32,000 nucleotides of DNA from Candidatus Saccharimonadota bacterium (GTDB lineage Bacteria > Pseudomonadota > Gammaproteobacteria > Enterobacterales > Enterobacteriaceae): assembly GCA_049942965.1 (NCBI GenBank), contig CP188088.1:498864-530863 (forward strand). The letters are read 5' to 3'. Position 1 is the stretch's first letter; each line of letters starts with the position of its first letter. A program made the position numbers and the translations under genes. This document shows positions 9,490 through 19,583 of the stretch, in pieces. The notes below the pieces were generated by a model. That model saw nothing but the letters and a program-made list of their open reading frames with translations, searched no databases and was not told the DNA's origin.

Positions 9490-10044
9490 ATGAACAATAA
9501 AAACAAAATAGAAAGTATTTCTTTAAATGATTTTTTAAAAAACCCAATTGAAAAAATAAAGAAAAATCAAAAAAAAATATTAGCATTATTAAATAATAAT
9601 TTACCAATTGCATATTTAATTAAACCTGAATTACTAAAAAGATTTCTTGCAATTGAAACTGCTTATAAAGAAACAAAATCAAATATAAATTTATTAAAAT
9701 CATTATTCTTAAAAAAAAACCAAGATAGAGAAAATAAAATAAAAGAAAATCAATGTGGAAAATTTCTTATGTATGAATCATGGAATCCAGACAAAGATTT
9801 TTTAAATAAATCAGCTTTATGGGGTATAGATCTAAATGAATATCCAAAAAAAAGTGAATTAGCTTTATTTATATCATATTGGAAAGCTGAAGGAAGAATG
9901 TTTCACCACATACAATGGCAACAAAAATTGGCTAGAAGTTTACAACAAAGTAGATATTTGAATTTTAAAAAAACAATAAAAACAGATATAAATGAATTGT
10001 CTAATCCTGATTTAATTACTCCGGAAGGATTTAGAGGAAAGTAA
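9490..10044 (+). CDS. dnaT: Primosomal protein DnaT
   Basis: The C-terminal half (GKFLMYESWNPDKDF...ALWG, FISYWKAEGRMFHHIQWQQKLARSLQ ... PEGFRGK) matches E. coli DnaT (179 aa). It lies immediately upstream of dnaC (4-nt gap), as in E. coli. Confidence 0.87.
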   Translation: MNNKNKIESISLNDFLKNPIEKIKKNQKKILALLNNNLPIAYLIKPELLKRFLAIETAYKETKSNINLLKSLFLKKNQDRENKIKENQCGKFLMYESWNPDKDFLNKSALWGIDLNEYPKKSELALFISYWKAEGRMFHHIQWQQKLARSLQQSRYLNFKKTIKTDINELSNPDLITPEGFRGK

Positions 10045-10048
10045 AGTT

Positions 10049-10795
10049 ATGAAAAATTACTATCATTCAAAAATACTAAAAAAACTAAAACAATTAATTC
10101 CAAGTCGAATACAACCAAAATTTAAAAATGAAAAAGAATTGTTATCTTGGAATCAAAGAGAGGGAAAAAAATTTTCTCAATCCATAATTAGAGAAAATAA
10201 AGCAATTAAAATGGAAAAAATACTAGGAAATTCCGGAATAAGAGAATTATATATGAACTGTTCATTTGATAATTATCAAATTCAACACGACGGACATAGA
10301 AAAGTAGTAAACTCTGCTAAAAAATACGCAGAAGAATTTAATTCCAATATTGCAAGTTTTATTTTTTCAGGACGTCCAGGTACTGGAAAAAATCATTTAG
10401 CATCAGCTATTGGAAATTATTTAATTTTACATGGAAAAACTGTTTTAATAGTTACAGTAGCTGATCTAATGTCTAATATGAAGAATACTTTTAACAATTC
10501 TAGTAGAACTACAGAAGAAAAACTAATAAATACACTTAGTACTGTCGATTTACTAATGATTGATGAAATTGGAATGCAAACAGAATCACGATATGAAAAA
10601 GTAATAATAAACCAAATTGTAGATAGAAGATCTTCTTCAAAACGATCAACAGGAATGTTGTCAAATTTAGATCATAAAGGAATGACAGCTTTACTTGGAG
10701 AAAGAGTAATTGATAGAATGTGTTTAGGGAATAGTTTATGGCTTACTTTTGAATGGGATAGCTATAGAAAATACATTACAGGAAACGAATTTTAA
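10049..10795 (+). CDS. dnaC: Helicase loader DnaC
   Basis: 248 aa against 245 in E. coli. Carries NCSFDNYQ, NIASFIFSGRPGTGKNHLASAI (Walker A), LLMIDEIG (Walker B) and IVDRR. Confidence 0.94.
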   Translation: MKNYYHSKILKKLKQLIPSRIQPKFKNEKELLSWNQREGKKFSQSIIRENKAIKMEKILGNSGIRELYMNCSFDNYQIQHDGHRKVVNSAKKYAEEFNSNIASFIFSGRPGTGKNHLASAIGNYLILHGKTVLIVTVADLMSNMKNTFNNSSRTTEEKLINTLSTVDLLMIDEIGMQTESRYEKVIINQIVDRRSSSKRSTGMLSNLDHKGMTALLGERVIDRMCLGNSLWLTFEWDSYRKYITGNEF

Positions 10796-10833
10796 TCAAA
10801 TAAATTTCAAAAACTAATTTAAAAATTTTTTCA

Positions 10834-11406
10834 TTATTTTTTTATTCTAGAAACATATTTAGAATTTCTAGTGTCAACTTTTACTAAGTCTCCTATAGAA
10901 ATAAATAACGGTACTTTTATTTTAATTCCATTTTCTAAAATAGCAATCTTTTCACTAGAACCAAATATATCACCTTTTTTCAATTGTTCGGTGTCAATTA
11001 TTTTTAATTTAATAAAATTACTTGGAGCAACTGATATAATTTTATTATTCCATAAAGTTACTAAATAAGAATTTTGTTCTATTAACCATTTCAACTCATT
11101 TTTTAAAATTTTTTTTTCAACTAAAAATTGATCAAAATTTTTTTTATTCATAAAATACCAAAAATGACCATCATTGTATAAATAAATTAAATCAATATCT
11201 ACAATATCTGCAAGTTCTAAAGAAGAAGAATCAGTAACTTTAAAAGTTTTATCTAATAACTGTCCAGTTAGCAATCTTCTCAGTTTTACACGAACAAATG
11301 CCTGTCCTTTTCCAGGTTTTATAAATTCACTAGATTCAATTAAATAAGGTTCTCCTTCAAAAATGACTTTTAATCCTATTTTAAAATTACTGTTTATAGA
11401 TTTCAT
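10834..11406 (-). CDS. efp: Elongation factor P
   Basis: From the ATG at 11406 the product is 190 aa: MKSINSNFKIGLKVIFEGEPYLIESSEFIKPGKGQAFVRVKLRRLLTG, colinear with E. coli EF-P (188 aa). The conserved modified-lysine loop KPGKG is present. The track start at 11499 is a non-homologous upstream extension. Confidence 0.95.
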   Translation of the reverse strand: MKSINSNFKIGLKVIFEGEPYLIESSEFIKPGKGQAFVRVKLRRLLTGQLLDKTFKVTDSSSLELADIVDIDLIYLYNDGHFWYFMNKKNFDQFLVEKKILKNELKWLIEQNSYLVTLWNNKIISVAPSNFIKLKIIDTEQLKKGDIFGSSEKIAILENGIKIKVPLFISIGDLVKVDTRNSKYVSRIKK

Positions 11407-11560
11407 TATTTTCTCAATACCAAAAAAATAATATAAAAATGTTCTATATATCTTAAATAAAAAAATCAATATGATTGTATTTCTTCTAACTCTAAACATT
11501 TTAAAATATAATAATAAAAACTATTTTTTACAAAAAACTAAAAAAATAAAATACAGAAAT

Positions 11561-11605
11561 CCAGGTTGTTATCATATAAAAAAACTATATAAAAAAACAA
11601 CCTGG
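11561..11605 (-). terminator. Possible groESL terminator: 10-bp inverted repeat with a long loop, followed by T-rich sequence on the minus strand
   Basis: ccaggttgtt (11561-11570) pairs with aacaacctgg (11596-11605) around a 25-nt loop. Downstream on the minus strand the sequence reads atttctgtattttatttttttag. It lies between the groEL stop (11670) and the efp start (11406). The long loop weakens the call. Confidence 0.35.
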
Positions 11606-11669
11606 AAAAGAAAAAAAACTTTAAGAATAATTAATTACAAGTAGCTTTTTTGTTCGTTACTTGTGTACT

Positions 11670-13334
<1,665 letters not shown>

Positions 13335-13370
13335 TTAAGTTAAAAAAAACTAGATTATTGATTATTATTA

Positions 13371-13664
13371 TTACTCTTCAACAATCGCCAAAATGTCGCT
13401 TTCAGTCAAAATTAAAACTTCTTCATGGTCCATTTTTTCTGTTTTTGCACCATAACCTTCATTAAATATAACAACATCACCTACTTTTACATCAAGTGAT
13501 TTAACACTACCGTTGTCCAGAATTCGACCGTTTCCTACCGCTAAAACAGTTCCGCGAGTCGATTTTCCTGCAGCCGAACCTGTTAATACAATTCCTCCTG
13601 CTGACTTAGATTCAGATTCTTGACGTTTAATTATCACTCGATCGTGTAACGGACGAATTTTCAT
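13371..13664 (-). CDS. groES: Co-chaperonin GroES (10 kDa)
   Basis: From the ATG at 13664 the product is 97 aa: [44 protein letters not shown]. The track start at 13688 adds 8 non-homologous residues. Confidence 0.97.
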   Translation of the reverse strand: MKIRPLHDRVIIKRQESESKSAGGIVLTGSAAGKSTRGTVLAVGNGRILDNGSVKSLDVKVGDVVIFNEGYGAKTEKMDHEEVLILTESDILAIVEE

Positions 13665-13746
13665 TAAATAATTCTCCACATTTAACAAATTATTATATTA
13701 CAAAAGTTAATAATTTAAAAAAAAATAAATGATTCTACAATTTCAG

Positions 13747-13775
13747 ATATGTGGATAGTTTAGTAAACTTTCAAG
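13747..13775 (-). promoter_or_regulatory. Sigma-32 (heat-shock) promoter upstream of groES-groEL
   Basis: The minus strand reads CTTGAAA (13775-13769), then a 14-nt spacer, then CCACATAT (13754-13747). The E. coli sigma-32 consensus is CTTGAAA - 13 to 15 nt - CCCCATNT, so there is one mismatch. The site is about 85 nt upstream of the groES ATG. Confidence 0.65.
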
Positions 13776-13813
13776 ACCTATATAATTTTTTTTTTCAAAA
13801 TTAAAAAAAATAA

Positions 13814-13843
13814 TTGACTTTATTTTAAAATTAATGATTAAAT
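13814..13843 (+). promoter_or_regulatory. Candidate sigma-70 promoter for tRNA-Phe
   Basis: TTGACT (13814-13819), an 18-nt spacer, then TTAAAT (13838-13843) preceded by TGa, an extended -10-like element. The hexamer ends 11 nt before the tRNA 5' end. Such hexamers are easy to find in AT-rich DNA. Confidence 0.35.
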
Positions 13844-13854
13844 ACTAAGAAAGC

Positions 13855-13927
13855 GCCCGAATAGCTCAGTCGGTAGAGCAGGGGACTGAAAATCCCCGTG
13901 TCGGTGGTTCAATTCCGCCTTCGGGCA
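13855..13927 (+). tRNA. tRNA-Phe (anticodon GAA), 73 nt, no genomically encoded CCA
   Basis: I folded the cloverleaf by hand. Acceptor stem GCCCGAA/TTCGGGC. D arm GCTC-AGTCGGTA-GAGC. Anticodon arm GGGGA-CTGAAAA-TCCCC. Variable loop GTGTC. T arm GGTGG-TTCAATT-CCGCC. Discriminator A, followed by aat. Near-identical to E. coli tRNA-Phe. Confidence 0.95.
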
Positions 13928-13973
13928 AATTAAGTTTTAAACAAAATTTATTTTTTATAATTAAAATATAAAA

Positions 13974-15353
13974 TTATTTTCCAATACAAAAACTAGAAAA
14001 AATTTTTTTTAATAAATCTTCAGTAGTAAAAACACCTGTAATTTCTCCTAAAAGTGTTTGTACATCAAATAAATCTTGTGCTAGTAATTCAATATTTTTA
14101 AATGAATTCCATCTTTTTGTTAGTTTTTTAAAAAAAATTATCGTTTTTTTTAATATACTAATATGTCTATTTCTAACTAAAAAAATGTCTTCCGACATAT
14201 CCCAGTTAGAAATTTTTAAATTTTCAATCAATCTTTTTTTTAAACTATCTAATCCAATCCCTTTCTTAGCAGAAATATATAAAACTGAAACATTATCGTT
14301 TTTCATTTTTAAAAAAAAATTTTTATTTTTTAAAAATAAATCACATTTATTAACAACAATAATTATTTGAGAACTTTTAGAGAACTTATTAGATAAATTC
14401 TTATATAACAAATATTGTTTTTTTTTGCTTATTGTTCCGTCAAACATATATATAATTTGATCAGAAGTAACAATTTCCTTCCAAGCTAAATCAATTCCTA
14501 TTTTTTCTACTTCATTAGTAGGAACACGAAAACCTGCAGTATCAATCAAACTAAAAAAAAATCCATTTATGTGCAAATCAGCACGTAATACATCTCGAGT
14601 AGTTCCTGCAATATTTGTAACAATTGCATTTTCTTGATTACAAAGAGAATTAAATAAACTAGATTTACCAACGTTTGGTTCTCCTACAATAATTACTTTT
14701 ATTCCTCTTCTAAGAAAATTTCTTAAATAAAAAGATTTTTTTAAATAATTTATTTTTTCATATAAAAAATTTAATTTTGAATCTATATCAAAATTTGTTT
14801 GTTCACTATCTTTTTCCATTTCTGAAAAATTAATCATAAGTTCTATGATTGAACGTAACTCTATAATCCTATTCAAACATTCTTTAATATATTTAGAAAA
14901 TTTTCCCTGTAAAGAATCGCAGGATAATCTTACAGCTCTTTCTGAAGTAGAATTAATTAAATCAGATATTGCTTCTGCTTGTACTAAATCTAATCTTCCG
15001 TTCAAAAATGCTCTTTGCGAAAATTCACCAGGATGTGCTACTCTAAGATTAGGAATAAGTAAAATATTTTTCATTAATAAATCTAAAACAAATGGACTAC
15101 CATGTCCTTGTAATTCTAATACGTCTTCTCCAGTAAAAGAATTTGGGGAGGTAAAAAAAATTGCAATTCCCTTGTCTAAAATTTTACCGTTATAATCAAA
15201 AAAAGAACTAAAAGTAGCATACCTCACTAAAGGAATTTTTTTTAAAACTGACATAGCAACTTCTTTAGTATGAGGTCCAGAAATTCGTATTATTCCAACT
15301 CCTGATCTACCTTTTGGAGTAGCTTGAGCAACAATAGTTTCATCAAAAATCAT
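13974..15353 (-). CDS. mnmE: tRNA modification GTPase MnmE (TrmE/ThdF)
   Basis: 459 aa. Begins ETIVAQATPKGRSGVGIIRISG. G-domain motifs are GEPNVGKSS, DTAGFR and NKCD, and the C-terminus ends in the CIGK motif. Confidence 0.95.
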   Translation of the reverse strand: MIFDETIVAQATPKGRSGVGIIRISGPHTKEVAMSVLKKIPLVRYATFSSFFDYNGKILDKGIAIFFTSPNSFTGEDVLELQGHGSPFVLDLLMKNILLIPNLRVAHPGEFSQRAFLNGRLDLVQAEAISDLINSTSERAVRLSCDSLQGKFSKYIKECLNRIIELRSIIELMINFSEMEKDSEQTNFDIDSKLNFLYEKINYLKKSFYLRNFLRRGIKVIIVGEPNVGKSSLFNSLCNQENAIVTNIAGTTRDVLRADLHINGFFFSLIDTAGFRVPTNEVEKIGIDLAWKEIVTSDQIIYMFDGTISKKKQYLLYKNLSNKFSKSSQIIIVVNKCDLFLKNKNFFLKMKNDNVSVLYISAKKGIGLDSLKKRLIENLKISNWDMSEDIFLVRNRHISILKKTIIFFKKLTKRWNSFKNIELLAQDLFDVQTLLGEITGVFTTEDLLKKIFSSFCIGK

Positions 15354-15433
15354 AATATTTTATCTTTGAAAAAAATCATTTAATAAAATTAAATTAGTAA
15401 TAAAAGAAATAATTCAATTAAATGGAATTTTTA

Positions 15434-15464
<31 letters not shown>

Positions 15465-17180
15465 TTAACTTTTATTATTTAATTCAAAATTAATTATCTT
15501 TTGTTGAAAAATAGTAAAAATATTACTAGTAATGTAGTATAAAACTAATCCTGATGGAAAGTATAAAAAACACAAAGTAAATAGTATTGGAACTAAATTC
15601 ATCATATGTTTTTGAACAGATTCTATAGCTTCATTCGAAGAACTTTTTTGAATTATCCACATTGTATATCCCATAAAAATAGGAAAAATGAAGTAAGGAT
15701 CTTTATCTGACAGATCATTAATCCAAAGTAAAAATGGTGCATGACGCAATTCTACAGAATTGACTAACATATAATATAAACCTAAAAATATAGGCATTTG
15801 AACTATAATAGGTAAAAATCCACCAAATGGATTTATTTTGTTTGAATTATATAACTTAATTATTTCCTTGCTTATTCTTTGATTATCATTTTTATATTTT
15901 ATTCTGATTGAATCAATTTTAGGTTGAATTAATTTTACTTTTTCCATAGATATATACTGAGATCTTGCTAATGGATACATTAAAGATCGAATAAATATAG
16001 TTAAAAATACTATCGACCAACCCCAATTTCCAATAAAAAAATATAATAAACTAAGAATGAAAAATAACGGCTTAGATATAAACCATAGATATCCATAATC
16101 TAAAGTTAAATCTAAATTTGGTGCTAACTCAAGCATTTTATTTTGCATAGCAGGACCAGCCCATAATTTTGAAACAAAAGTAAAACTTTTATTTGGTAAC
16201 AAATGAACTTGTTCGAATTTATATCCTAAAGTTAAAATATTATTAGTTTTTTTATTTGTATAAATTATATTATTGTTCATTTTTGAAATTTGAGGAATCC
16301 AAGCTGCTACGAAATATTTTCGAATCATTGCTATCCAACCATATTTTGCTTGTTCTGATATGATCTTATCATTTGTTGCATACAAAGAACTCTTTTCGTA
16401 TTTTTCTAAATCAGTAGAGTATGCAATGCTTCGATATTTTTGAGAAATAAAGCTATCTTTATTAAAATTTGAATTATTATTAGTATAATTAATTGGAATA
16501 TCAACAGTTTGTTTTAGTTCATTAAAAAATGATATGTCTATTGCTTTACCAGAATTGTTCAATACAGTATTTTCTATTTTAACAAAATACTTTCCAAGAT
16601 ATAAAATAAAAGTTTTTTTATACTCAATTCCAGTAAATAAATCAATCCAAATAAATGGAATCCTTAGTTCTGTTTTGGAAGAATTAGTTGAAAAAAAAAT
16701 TCTTCTATTAAATATATTTTTTTTATTAGTTATATCTAATTTTAAATTTATGATTTTTCCGTCTTTTTTAAATATTAATCCTTCATTTGCTTGATAAATG
16801 AAATCAGATTGTTTATCTAATAAACAAAAGGGAGAACCAGAACCTAAATGATCACTATATTTTAATAAATAGACTTTATTGATAGTTCCATTATTTTTAT
16901 TCACAACCATAGAAATTACATCATTGCTTAATACAATATATTTGCTGTTTTTCTTGTTATTATAATACTGATATACATTTTTTTTATGACCATATTTATT
17001 ATCAATTTTAAAATTATTATTAATATATTTAGACTTAGTCGTTTTTTTTATACTATTGTTTTCATTTTGAAAATTCGATATATTAGTGGGAATTTTTATA
17101 TCTTTACAAAAAGAATTCCAAATAATAAAAAGGACAAAAAAAAACGAAATAATAAAAATGTTTTTTTGAAGAGAACTCAT
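15465..17180 (-). CDS. yidC: Membrane protein insertase YidC
   Basis: 571 aa against 548 in E. coli. It has an N-terminal TM segment, a large periplasmic domain and a conserved C-terminal core (ISKPLF..L...F..GNWGWSI...T...R....PL, MQMPIF..LY). It sits in the conserved rpmH-rnpA-yidD-yidC-mnmE cluster. Confidence 0.95.
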   Translation of the reverse strand: MSSLQKNIFIISFFFVLFIIWNSFCKDIKIPTNISNFQNENNSIKKTTKSKYINNNFKIDNKYGHKKNVYQYYNNKKNSKYIVLSNDVISMVVNKNNGTINKVYLLKYSDHLGSGSPFCLLDKQSDFIYQANEGLIFKKDGKIINLKLDITNKKNIFNRRIFFSTNSSKTELRIPFIWIDLFTGIEYKKTFILYLGKYFVKIENTVLNNSGKAIDISFFNELKQTVDIPINYTNNNSNFNKDSFISQKYRSIAYSTDLEKYEKSSLYATNDKIISEQAKYGWIAMIRKYFVAAWIPQISKMNNNIIYTNKKTNNILTLGYKFEQVHLLPNKSFTFVSKLWAGPAMQNKMLELAPNLDLTLDYGYLWFISKPLFFILSLLYFFIGNWGWSIVFLTIFIRSLMYPLARSQYISMEKVKLIQPKIDSIRIKYKNDNQRISKEIIKLYNSNKINPFGGFLPIIVQMPIFLGLYYMLVNSVELRHAPFLLWINDLSDKDPYFIFPIFMGYTMWIIQKSSSNEAIESVQKHMMNLVPILFTLCFLYFPSGLVLYYITSNIFTIFQQKIINFELNNKS

Positions 17181-17237
17181 TGTTCTAGTCTCATTATTTA
17201 ATGCAATTCATTGTATAATTTAAAAAACAAAATTAAA

Positions 17238-17366
17238 TTATAAATAAGGATGACATTTAATTAGCCTTTTAATGATTAAAAAAAAATCTGTTAAAAAACC
17301 GTTTTTAATCAAAACTAATTTTGCATATTCTGAACATGAAGGATAAAAACAACATCTTTTTACCAT
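17238..17366 (-). CDS. yidD: Membrane protein insertion efficiency factor YidD, short form (42 aa from the ATG; homology continues upstream to 17414)
   Basis: Not in the ORF track. My hand translation is MVKRCCFYPSCSEYAKLVLIKNGFLTDFFLIIKRLIKCHPYL*. It matches the YidD core C(R/C)F.P(T/S)CS.Y......G...G......R...CHP. It lies between rnpA and yidC, as in E. coli. Confidence 0.7.
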   Translation of the reverse strand: MVKRCCFYPSCSEYAKLVLIKNGFLTDFFLIIKRLIKCHPYL

Positions 17367-17418
17367 AAAAAAATAACAAATTTTTGATAAAAAACTATTA
17401 AATAAATAAAAAATTTAA

Positions 17419-17775
17419 TTATTTTAATAGATAATTTGTTTTCCATAATTTTTTTAACAAATTCATTAACTTACTGTTATCTAAATCCATAGATGACTTC
17501 TTTATTATCAGAACGTGATCCATTGGAACTAATAATATATTTTGAGATATACGAAATGTTTCTCTAACTAATCTTTTTATTCTATTTCTCTCATTAGACT
17601 TTTTAATATTTTTTTTAGATATAATTATTCCAATTCTTGAATGTTGAAAAGTATCATTTTTTCTAGATAAAAGGACTAATTCTTTGAAAGCAATTCTTTT
17701 TGGATTTAAAAAAACATAGTTAAAATCTTTACGATTCAATAACCTCATTTGTTTTCTAAAACGACATCTATACAA
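17419..17775 (-). CDS. rnpA: RNase P protein component
   Basis: Carries MRLLNRKDFNYVF..., SRIGIIISKKNIKKSNERNRIKRLVRETFR (RNR motif) and LKKLW. The TTG at 17775 directly follows the rpmH stop and gives 118 aa, the E. coli-like length (119). The alternative ATG at 17748 gives 109 aa. Confidence 0.9.
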   Translation of the reverse strand: MYRCRFRKQMRLLNRKDFNYVFLNPKRIAFKELVLLSRKNDTFQHSRIGIIISKKNIKKSNERNRIKRLVRETFRISQNILLVPMDHVLIIKKSSMDLDNSKLMNLLKKLWKTNYLLK

Positions 17776-17931
17776 CTATTTCCCTACTCTATGACAAGAA
17801 ACAGTTAAATAAACACGGGATTTTGACCTGCGACGAGATAAAATATGACGACCATTTTTTGTAGACATTCTTGACCTAAATCCATGAGAACGTTTTTTTT
17901 TTATTTTAGAAGGTTGAAAAGTTCTTTTCAT
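17776..17931 (-). CDS. rpmH: 50S ribosomal protein L34
   Basis: Not in the ORF track (51 aa). My hand translation is [51 protein letters not shown], against E. coli [46 protein letters not shown]. It is divergent from dnaA, as in E. coli. Confidence 0.95.
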   Translation of the reverse strand: MKRTFQPSKIKKKRSHGFRSRMSTKNGRHILSRRRSKSRVYLTVSCHRVGK

Positions 17932-18210
17932 TTATTATTATTAATCCTCAATAAAATCCGTATATAATCTATTTTATATTTAGAATAATAATTCTAATAC
18001 ACTGAGTCAATAAAATCGAAAAAAATCTTTAAAAAAAATTATATAATTTATAAAAAAATATTAAATAAAATTAAATTTTTGAAATGATTTTAATAAAATT
18101 TTAAAAATATCAAAATTTTTTTTGTTTATGATTGACATATTACTATATTTAAGAAAAACACATTATTACCTGAATAAATTTTATTATTTCTGAATATCAA
18201 CTTTGTTCGT

Positions 18211-19583
18211 ATGGAGTCTTCTACCGTGTCGTTTTTGCTTTGGCAACGATGTCTTTTTAATTTACAAAAAAAATTAACACCTACAGAATTTAGTATGTGG
18301 ATACTTCCCTTAAAACCGAAATTGATTACTAATAATACATTAATACTATATGCTCCAAATCAATTTGTTTTTGATTGGATTAAAGAAAAATACATCGCTA
18401 ACCTAAATCAATCTATATTAGATACATTCGGAAAAAATAAACCAATACTACAAATTAAAATAAATAAAAAAAAAAAAAAAAAAAAAAATATAAAAAAACA
18501 AAAATTGTAGAATCTATAAATTTTAATATAAATAGTGTATCATTAACAAAATTGGAATCTAATAGTTCTTTTTTAAACAAAAAATATAAATTTGAAAATT
18601 TTATAGAAGGAAAATCTAATCAATTAGCGAAATCCACTGCATATCAAATAGCTAATAAAATAGGAAATCTTTATAATCCTTTATTTTTATATGGAAAAAC
18701 AGGTTTAGGAAAAACTCATTTATTACACGCAATAGGAAATACAATTGTATATAAAAAAAAAACGAATAAAGTAATATACATGCATTCAGAACAATTTGTT
18801 CAAAACATGGTAAAATCAATTCAAGAACATTCAATTGAAAAATTTAAAAAATTTTATCGATCAGTCAATGTTTTACTCATCGACGATATACAATTTTTTG
18901 CAAATAAAGAACATTCTCAAGAAGAATTTTTTCATACTTTAAATACTTTATTAGAAAGAAACCAGCAAATTATATTGACATCTGATAGATATCCTAAAGA
19001 AATAAATGGAGTGGAAGAGAGATTAAAATCAAGATTTGGATTAGGATTAACTATTTCAATCGATCCTCCCGAATTAGATACTAGAATTTCTATTCTGCTA
19101 AATAAAGCAAAAGAAAAAAACATTTTATTACCTATTGAAATAGCTTTATATATAGCAAAAAAATTAAAATCAAATATTCGTGATTTGGAAGGAGCATTAA
19201 ATAAGATTATAGCTCAATCAAAATTTATAAACCAATCTATTACTATAGATTTTGTTAGAGAAACATTAAAAGATCTATTTTCAATACAAGAAAAAATAAT
19301 CACAATGGAAAAAATACAAAAAACAGTAGCAAAATACTACGAAATTAAAGTTTCTGACTTGTTATCTAAAAAACGATCTAAATCAGTAGTTCAACCACGA
19401 CAGATAGCAATGACTATGTCAAAAAAATTAACTAATCATAGTTTTCCTGAAATTGGAAAAGCATTTGGAAATCGAGATCATACAACTGTTTTACATGCTT
19501 ATCGGAAAATAAATAAACTTCAAAAAGAAAAAAAAAACATGAAACAAGATCTATTAAATTTAATAAAAATGTTATCACTATGA
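18211..19583 (+). CDS. dnaA: Chromosomal replication initiator DnaA, interrupted by a frameshift in an A23 tract (pseudogene, sequencing error or slippage-rescued)
   Basis: The ORF at 18211-18510 is domain I (LWQRCL..L...L...[25 protein letters not shown]). The ORF at 18552-19583 carries the end of the linker, the AAA+ domain ([62 protein letters not shown]) and domain IV (RQIAM...[22 protein letters not shown]). A GTG at 18226 is a possible alternative start (MSFLLWQRC). Confidence 0.93.
18466..18488 (+). repeat. A23 homopolymer inside dnaA (frameshift site)
   Basis: I counted an uninterrupted A run from 18466 to 18488. The frame change between the two dnaA ORFs must occur within 18468-18507. 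Confidence 0.95.

Noticed and set aside
11407-11499. N-terminal extensions of ORF-track calls: efp to 11499, groES to 13688, atpG to 26145 and purH from 1101.
   Set aside because: Homology to the E. coli proteins begins at the internal ATGs (11406, 13664, 26112, 1149). The extensions are non-homologous, and in atpG the extension would overlap atpA.
13750-13758. DnaA-box-like 9-mers: TGTGGATAG at 13750-13758 (8/9 match to TGTGGATAA) and TTTTCCACA at 2926-2934 (fits the relaxed TTWTNCACA).
   Set aside because: Both are isolated single sites. A rough composition-based estimate gives several relaxed matches by chance in 32 kb on two strands. The first is fully explained as the sigma-32 -10 element CCACATAT.
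17932-18210. The rpmH-dnaA spacer as a possible replication origin, as in many bacteria. It includes a TTGACA at 18132-18137.
   Set aside because: It has no cluster of DnaA boxes and no recognisable 13-mer DUE pattern beyond background A/T richness. In Enterobacterales-derived genomes oriC lies beyond mnmG, outside this window. The TTGACA has no acceptable -10 hexamer at 16-18 nt spacing.
19581-19583. Possible alternative genetic code (TGA read as Trp), as in some tiny symbiont genomes.
   Set aside because: dnaA ends with TGA at exactly the position where E. coli DnaA ends, and yigL also ends with TGA at the homologous C-terminus. All genes are full length under the standard bacterial code, so nothing calls for recoding.
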